Below are positions 56,906-64,000 of a stretch of DNA of 64,000 nucleotides, in pieces (position 1 is the stretch's first letter; every line of letters starts with the position of its first letter). A program made the translations under genes and the position numbers. A model generated the notes under the pieces. That model saw nothing but the letters and a program-made list of their open reading frames with translations, ran no database searches and was not told where the DNA came from. The DNA is from Eledone cirrhosa (Eukaryota), in NCBI GenBank assembly GCA_964016885.1, contig OZ024740.1, forward strand, positions 411,370,001 through 411,434,000. Reading direction: 5' to 3'.

Positions 56906-59900
56906 ATGGAGACTAGAACGTCATGTGACAGACTCTCACCCAACAGGTGCCCCCTGGCTCAGCAGCAGGAACCTGACTGTCAACCAAATACTGCTGATGT
57001 TGGAGGAAGGAGAAGAAGGAAAGGGGCCAGAACCAACTGGACGAAAGAATTGAATATAACTGTTATGCAATGCTACCTGAAAAGTAACCCCAAGGAGAGG
57101 GGCTACAGGAGACGGATGCATAACATCTGGAACGAGATTGGTTTATTTAAATTAGATGAACAAAAATTGGCCGGGCAGGCTCGGGTAATAAGAACTAATG
57201 GGTGGATAAGCGAGCTGGAACTGGAGGAACTGAGCAGAGAGAATGGCTTGGAGATGGCGGGTGTAGTATGCCAGACAAGCGAGCCGGTGGGAAATGAAGG
57301 TGAGGAGGTCCTGAGAACGGAGGAACCACCCGAAGCAGACAATGATCTGAGTACTGAGATAAATAATACCTGGAACAGAGATACGGCCACTGAGGAGATG
57401 AATGCTGACGGGCTAGGACAAGATTCGGTTGACATCCTAAATTTAGTGGTAGATGAATTGAACAATGATAGTGGGAGACCTATGAACCTAAGATTTGTAG
57501 ACAGGAAAAAGTTAAAAGAAACAACAGCTAAGGTAAACAAAGTCATCCCATACCTTGAGGCGAGGAGCCTTCACCAGTGCAACAATATCCTCAGAGCAAC
57601 AGCAAATACGGTGAGGAAACTACTTGGTATAAAAGCGAGAGGAAACAACAGACAAGAAAGAGCAGAGCCGTGGTGGAAGAAGCGACTGAGTGGGCAAATC
57701 GGGGAAATGAGAAATGACATAGGAAAGCTTGAGTCACTACTGAATGGGACACTAAAAAACATAGGCACTAAAAATAGACTGGAAATAAAATACAAAACTA
57801 GGAGTAAAAAGCTAAATATTATCATAGAGGAATTGAAGCAACGCATTGTAGCAAAGAGTGCAAAAATCAGGCGATACGAGAACAGAGTCAGTCAGTATAA
57901 ACAGAACCGCATGTTCGACAACAACCAGAAGATGCTGTTTGGACAGCTTGAGGGCAAAGAAAGAGGCAACGACTTGATCCCTGGGGCGGAGCAAACTAAA
58001 ACATTCTGGAGAGGAATATGGGAGCAGGATGTTAGACACAATGCCCAGGCAGGGTGGATTGAGACAGTACAGAGGGAGATCGGTGAGCAGGCACAGCAAC
58101 AGACTGATTTGAGTATCACAGTTGAAACTCTTAAGGGACAAGCCAAAAAACTAACCAACTGGAAATCGCCAGGCCCAGATGGTGTGCAGGGGTATTGGAT
58201 TAAACATCTAACATCCCTCCACCCGAAGCTGACGGCCATGTTCAATGACTGCTTGGTGTCGGGTGAGGTGCCAGAGTGGTTGACAAAAGGTACCACAGTT
58301 CTGATAATGAAAGACCGAATCAAGGGTAATGATGCTACCAACTATAGACCTATCACATGTCTGCCCGTAATGTGGAAACTGTTGACGAGCATTGTGTCTG
58401 AGGAAATCTACCATCACCTCCACACAAACAACTTGTTACCGGACGAACAGAAAGGATGCCGAAAGAAGTCACGTGGTACAAAGGACCAGTTGCTTATTGA
58501 TAAGATGGTAATGGGGAATTGCAGGAGGAGACACACTGATCTTGCCATGGGATGGATAGACTACAGAAAGGCATTTGACATGGTGCCTCATTCCTGGATC
58601 ACCAAAAGCCTGGAGATCTTCAGGGTGGCGGATAACATCAGACAGTTGCTAGGCAGGAGTATGGGGTCCTGGGAGACAGAGTTGACATCAACTGGAGTAT
58701 CCTTGGGAAGCGTGAAGATCAAGAGAGGTATCTTCCAGGGAGATAGCCTGTCCCCTCTGTTGTTTGTCCTTGCCCTGATGCCCTTGACCATTATGCTGCG
58801 AAAAGTGAGAGCAGGATACAAGTTGGGAAGGGGAGAGCTTACCATCAATCACCTCCTCTTCATGGACGATCTTAAGCGCTTCGGGAAAAGTGAGAAGGAG
58901 TTGGATGTGCTTGTTGACACTGTCCGTATTTTCAGCAGTGATATATGTATGCAGTTTGGTATTGGTAAATGTGGAGTCATTGTGATGAAGAGGGGTAGGT
59001 TGAGCAGAAGTAACGGGATCCAGATACCAACAGGTGAGATGATAAAGGAAATTGACTCTGAGGAAGGATACAAGTATTTGGGCGTTCTGGAGGCTGATGG
59101 CATAAAGAACAAAAAAATGAAGGAATTGTTAAGAACTGAATACATTCGGAGAGTAAGGAGCGTATTGAAGTCACATCTGAACAGCAGAAATGCCATAAGC
59201 GCAGTAAATTCCCGAGCTGTGTCTATTATTAGGTACAGTGCGGGAATTCTGAGATGGAATGTTGCTGAACAGAAAGAAATGGATAGGAAGACTAGGAAGC
59301 TATTGACTATCTACAACATGTTCCACAAGAGGAGTGATGTCGATAGACTCTACCTAAGGAGATCTGAGGGTGGAAGAGGTCTTATCAGCATAGAGGACTG
59401 TGTTCAGATGGAGAAAAACAACCTATACAAATACGTGACCTATAGTAAGGAGCCAATGTTCAGAGCTGTACTGAAGGAGGGGACAGTAGGCCAGGGGATG
59501 TCCAGGGAGGAAATAACATCAAGGAGGAAGAGCAGCCTTAAGGGAAAACCCCTTCATAGTACCTTCTTTGAGAAAACTAAATTTAGAGATCCACAGACAT
59601 GGAACTGGTTGAGAAGAGGAGACCTCAAAAAGGCTACAGAAGGAATGCTAATGGCTGCGCAGGAGCAGGCCCTCAAAACGAAGTGGTTGAAGCACCATAT
59701 CTACAAGGAGGAGGCCAGCCCACTGTGCAGGATCTGTGGAGAGAGAGAGGAGACTGTGGCTCACATTGTGTCCGAGTGTAAACACCTAGCCCAGACCCAC
59801 TATAAGGGCTGGAGACACGATGTGATGGGCAGGGTGATCCACTGGCACCTGTGCAAAGTAAACAATCTACCACATTCTGAGAAATGGTATGAGCATAGGC

Positions 59901-60299
59901 CAGAGGCGGTGATGGAGAACAATCAGGTGAAGGTGCTGTGGGATTTTAGGATACAGACGGACAAAAAAATTGGAACACAATAGACCTGACCTGGTGGTTG
60001 TGGACAAAGAAAAAAGATCGTGCCTGATTGTGGATGTGGCCTGCCCGTTCGACACGAGAGTGCAAGAGAAGGAGAGGGAGAAAATTAACCGATACCAGGA
60101 CCTAAAGTGGGAGGTGAAAAGGATTTGGAACTGCCATGAAGTCAAAGTGATCCCGATTGTCATAGGCGCACTGGGGACTATCTCCAAAAGTTTCCAGGGA
60201 TGGTTAAAGAAAATCGGCCCCTTCACGCTTTTTGGAACGCTTCAAAAGGCATGCTTGCTTGGAACAGCAAGAACCCTCCGATACGTCCTGAATATCTGA
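56906..60299 (+). CDS. R4/Dong-like non-LTR retrotransposon ORF (RT, CCHC knuckle, restriction-like endonuclease) with one frameshift
   Basis: WKSPGPDG, NYRPITCL, IDYRKAFD, GIFQGDSLSP, FMDDLK, YKYLG, CRICG..ETVAHIVSEC, RHD, RPD..VDV..K; frameshift in the A7 run at 59963-59969; (TAA)n tail to ~60431. Confidence 0.95.
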
Positions 60300-60385
60300 G
60301 GCTGCAGGTAGTGGCTTGATATTCAATCCAACGGACTTTCCAGTTAACCAACATCAATGACTGAGATTCAAGGAATAACAATAGC

Positions 60386-60437
<52 letters not shown>

Positions 60438-61093
60438 AAAATATATATTAAACATACGAACACAAACTCATAGATACTATATCAATAACCACAACACCAC
60501 CGCTGCCACCACCCCACCACATCCATCATCGCTGCCACCACTCATTCAATGCTACTGACACTATTCCCCTGTTAACTTGAGAGAGAAAAGGGAAGGTGGT
60601 GGTAGCACTAGACAAGAGAGAGGCTAGCAAAAGATATGAATAGATTGACTTGGTGACCTTGCCACGGACAAACGTCTACATCAACAATTATGGGACTGCT
60701 GGCTCACCCCTTCCTCACCAACAATATAAAAAGCCCCGGCACCACCACCGACATAGTCAGCAGCAATAACAGCCAACTACAACAAAAAGTATATTATATT
60801 ATTGTAATGCACTGGGTGATTGCTGGCCTGGAGTGGAGACAATTATTAATAATTTCATTCTTAAGCCACGCAATGCTCACATTAAGGAACCACTCATGAT
60901 AATAACAATTTAAAAAAAACAACAAAAAGAAAACCCCGTGACCAAGAAATACCGGGATGGCGGCCGGCGGGGAATAGCCATGTCTCTGGGGGAGAACGAC
61001 CCCTCTAGTCTTGGTTGACACTCGTTCTAGAAGTGGTAACACGAAAAGATTACCCCTTGGCGGATAAGGATAAAACGCGACAAAATAAAGTAG

Positions 61094-64000
61094 ATGTCTA
61101 ATGATGAAATCTCATACCGGATCGGCCGTCACCCGGGTAAAAAAGGGCCGCGTCCCTCAGAGAGGAACCAGACTGGGGTCGAAAAATCAGCTAATGGTTC
61201 AAACCTTCCCATCACTTCGGAGCTGGAGACCTCCCATAACCGGAATACTCCTACTGTTGGCCCTCCATGCTCACCACCAAGAAATCCAAAGAAAAAGAGA
61301 GAAAAATGGTCAAGGGAAGATAATAAAGAAGTCCTTGAGGCTTTCTACACTGCCATGTACTACCCATCAAATACATCGAATACAGAGCAAACATATATCA
61401 ACTGGAAAAAGAAACATCCCGAAAACAGAGGCTATATTGACAGTAACAAACTAGCCAATATACGAAGAAATATTGTAAGAAAAAAGTTACTAACTGATAT
61501 AGAAATTGATCAGATCAAGCTAGTAGCACAAAGTCAGCGAAGGGAAAATGAAGCATGTGTCAGTGAAAACGAGGTAAACTGTAACACTTCGAATCCCAGA
61601 GTTGGGGCGGAATCACTGGCAACAGAACAAATTAAAGAAAGGAGCGAAAAAGTGGAGGGAGTGCATGCTCAGGATGAAACTCCAAATGAAAATAATGAGA
61701 TCGTAAATGATAAAGAAATGAATGAGAATGAACTTGCCAACTTGAAGGATGAAATTATGATCGAATGGATGAAAATGAAAGAATCTGACATGGGGGAACG
61801 AGACACCCTCCCTAAGATCCAGAACTCCAAACAGAACCAAAAGATAATACACAAGACTAACATAATTCTCAAAAACATTATCATCACAAACAAACTAAGC
61901 ATTACTGACTTAAATCATCTCTATTATGCATCGGCTAAAGTCACCACTCACTTATGTGGAGTGAAGATGAAAAAACAAAGGAATTCCCACAAGAAATCTA
62001 CTTGGCAAGATAACATCAATCGCCAAATAAACCTTCTCCGATCTGACATAGAAATTTTAACAAACTATAAAGTAGGGGAACATGTTAAACAAACTAAACT
62101 TAGAAAATTGAAAAAAAAGTACAGTATAAGATCAACATGTGACATAGACATGCTGATAGAAACAACCAAGCAAAAAGTGTCGGCCAAAGCTGCTCGTATA
62201 AGGCGCTTTGAAAAACGATCTAGATTCTATAAGGACAATAATATGTTCAAAAACAACCAAAGAAACTTCTACAGAAAAATTGGTAAGTCAGCAATAACTG
62301 CTAAATCAATACCACCCAAGGAGGAAGTGCAAGAATTCTGGGAAAAGATCTGGGCCGAAGAAAAAGTTCATAACATACATGCCCCATGGATAGACAGACA
62401 AATAAAAGAAACAGCTTACCTTGAAGAACAAACATGGGAAAATATAACAGTTGAACAGCTGCGCTTGGCTCTAAGAAAAACCAGCAAATGGAAATCCCCA
62501 GGAAAAGACAAAATACAAAACTTTTGGATAAATGCCTTCACAGAGTCTCATGAGCTGTTAGCCCAACTTTACAATGAAATAGTTAAGGAGCCAGAAAAGA
62601 TACCATCATGGCTAGTTAACGGCATCACATTCCTGCTACCGAAGAATGATGAGACAAACAATCCCAAAAATTACAGACCGATAACCTGCTTGACCACAAT
62701 GTATAAAATTTTAACATCAGTCCTAACTGAATACACATATGACCACCTGATAACAAATGACCTATTTCCCATTGAGCAGAAAGGGTGTAAACGAGGCTCA
62801 TATGGCTGTAAGGATCAGCTTCTGGTTAACAAAATGATACTGGAAGATTGTCATAATAGACACAAAAATCTATCGATTGCTTGGACAGATTATAAAAAAG
62901 CATTTGATAGTTTGCCACACAGTTGGATTGAAAAATGTTTAGAGATTTTCAAAATATCCCCCGTTATCAGGAGGTTTTTGTCATTCAGTATGAGGACATG
63001 GAGAACGACACTCCTTTTGAATAGTGAAACAAAATCACTGGAAGCTGGAGAAGTTAACATTAATTGTGGAATTTTTCAGGGTGACTCTTTATCACCGCTT
63101 TTATTCTGCATCGCACTTATACCATTAAGTAAAATGCTCAATGAAACAAAACATGGATATAGAGTCTATGACAAAACCATTAATCACCTGTTCTACATGG
63201 ATGACCTGAAACTATTTGCAAAAAATGATGAACAATTGCAAGGGCTATTATCCACTGTGAAGCAGTTCAGTGATGACATTAAAATGGAGTTTGGACTGGA
63301 TAAATGCGCCAAAGCAACGTTCACCAGAGGAAAGCTGCTGAAGAGTTCAGACATTAATCTTGATCGGGAGAACGTGATAAGAGAGCTTGATCAAGAACAA
63401 ACTTACAAATATCTAGGTGTTTGTGAAGGAGACGGAATCAAGCACTCGACAATGAGGGAAAGGATAAGGAAGGAATGTTACCGCAGAGTCAGAGCAATCT
63501 TAAGAACGGAATTGAATGCAAGGAATAGGATCGATGCCATAAACACGCTTGCCATACCAGTAGTAACCTACAGTTACAATGTCATCAACTGGTCAAGCAC
63601 AGAGATCCGTAGGCTCGATACAAAAATTAGGAAATTCTTAACCATGCACAGAATGCATCACCCTAAGGCAGACATAGATAGAATATATCTCCCTAGGAAA
63701 GAAGGAGGACGTGGGTTAATCCAGTTAGACATTGCGTTGAAAACTGCAACAATTGGATTATCCACATATCTAAGGGAATCACATGATTGGATGATCAAAC
63801 TCGTTTTGAAACACGAAAGCACCAAAAGATCATATTCCATTACAAAAGATGCACAAAGATACAGTAATGGACTACAAATTTCAGAAGTCCCATTTACTGC
63901 TGAAATGGAAAACACAGAAAAAGCAAAGCAGGTAAAAGTAACTGCAAAGAAAGAACTGCTACAGAAACTGGCTAAGAAATGGCAAGAAAAGCCTCTGTAT
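61094..64000 (+). CDS. Second, distinct R4/Dong-like retrotransposon ORF, open to the window edge (absent from the ORF track)
   Basis: ATG at 61094 (MSNDEISY..KREKWSRED..); in-frame WKSPGKD, NYRPITCL, DYKKAFD, GIFQGDSLSP, FYMDDLK (63191), YKYLG. Confidence 0.92.
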   Translation, partial: MSNDEISYRIGRHPGKKGPRPSERNQTGVEKSANGSNLPITSELETSHNRNTPTVGPPCSPPRNPKKKREKWSREDNKEVLEAFYTAMYYPSNTSNTEQTYINWKKKHPENRGYIDSNKLANIRRNIVRKKLLTDIEIDQIKLVAQSQRRENEACVSENEVNCNTSNPRVGAESLATEQIKERSEKVEGVHAQDETPNENNEIVNDKEMNENELANLKDEIMIEWMKMKESDMGERDTLPKIQNSKQNQKIIHKTNIILKNIIITNKLSITDLNHLYYASAKVTTHLCGVKMKKQRNSHKKSTWQDNINRQINLLRSDIEILTNYKVGEHVKQTKLRKLKKKYSIRSTCDIDMLIETTKQKVSAKAARIRRFEKRSRFYKDNNMFKNNQRNFYRKIGKSAITAKSIPPKEEVQEFWEKIWAEEKVHNIHAPWIDRQIKETAYLEEQTWENITVEQLRLALRKTSKWKSPGKDKIQNFWINAFTESHELLAQLYNEIVKEPEKIPSWLVNGITFLLPKNDETNNPKNYRPITCLTTMYKILTSVLTEYTYDHLITNDLFPIEQKGCKRGSYGCKDQLLVNKMILEDCHNRHKNLSIAWTDYKKAFDSLPHSWIEKCLEIFKISPVIRRFLSFSMRTWRTTLLLNSETKSLEAGEVNINCGIFQGDSLSPLLFCIALIPLSKMLNETKHGYRVYDKTINHLFYMDDLKLFAKNDEQLQGLLSTVKQFSDDIKMEFGLDKCAKATFTRGKLLKSSDINLDRENVIRELDQEQTYKYLGVCEGDGIKHSTMRERIRKECYRRVRAILRTELNARNRIDAINTLAIPVVTYSYNVINWSSTEIRRLDTKIRKFLTMHRMHHPKADIDRIYLPRKEGGRGLIQLDIALKTATIGLSTYLRESHDWMIKLVLKHESTKRSYSITKDAQRYSNGLQISEVPFTAEMENTEKAKQVKVTAKKELLQKLAKKWQEKPLY

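Noticed and set aside
57103-60226. Antisense ORFs over the R4-like element
   Set aside because: Shadow ORFs of the RT coding strand.

Overview
AT-rich, microsatellite-saturated animal genomic DNA; the SINE and repeat content and the neuropeptide point to a coleoid cephalopod (octopus-like), which is inference. Host coding content is limited to the last two exons of an SPTR/ERYM-type neuropeptide precursor (7433-7571, 9608-9618). The rest is mostly mobile DNA: three families of Penelope-like elements (PLEs; RT plus C-terminal GIY-YIG) with inverted 5' arms, two R4/Dong-like RLE LINEs in (TAA)n, a CR1-like 3' end, a MULE derivative with a 10-bp TSD, and about a dozen tRNA-SINE copies. The main unexplained signal is about ten sequence-distinct families of short elements sitting in (TA)n or (CA)n tracts. 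They carry minimal type I hammerhead ribozyme (HHR) motifs, mostly with palindromic stem III, and many form head-to-head fold-backs whose apex lies at or just upstream of the ribozyme. Two tandem, retrozyme-like families share an octamer plus PSE-like block upstream of the ribozyme and a 3' hairpin. Folds were derived by eye, coordinates are approximate to a few bp, and no database search was possible.
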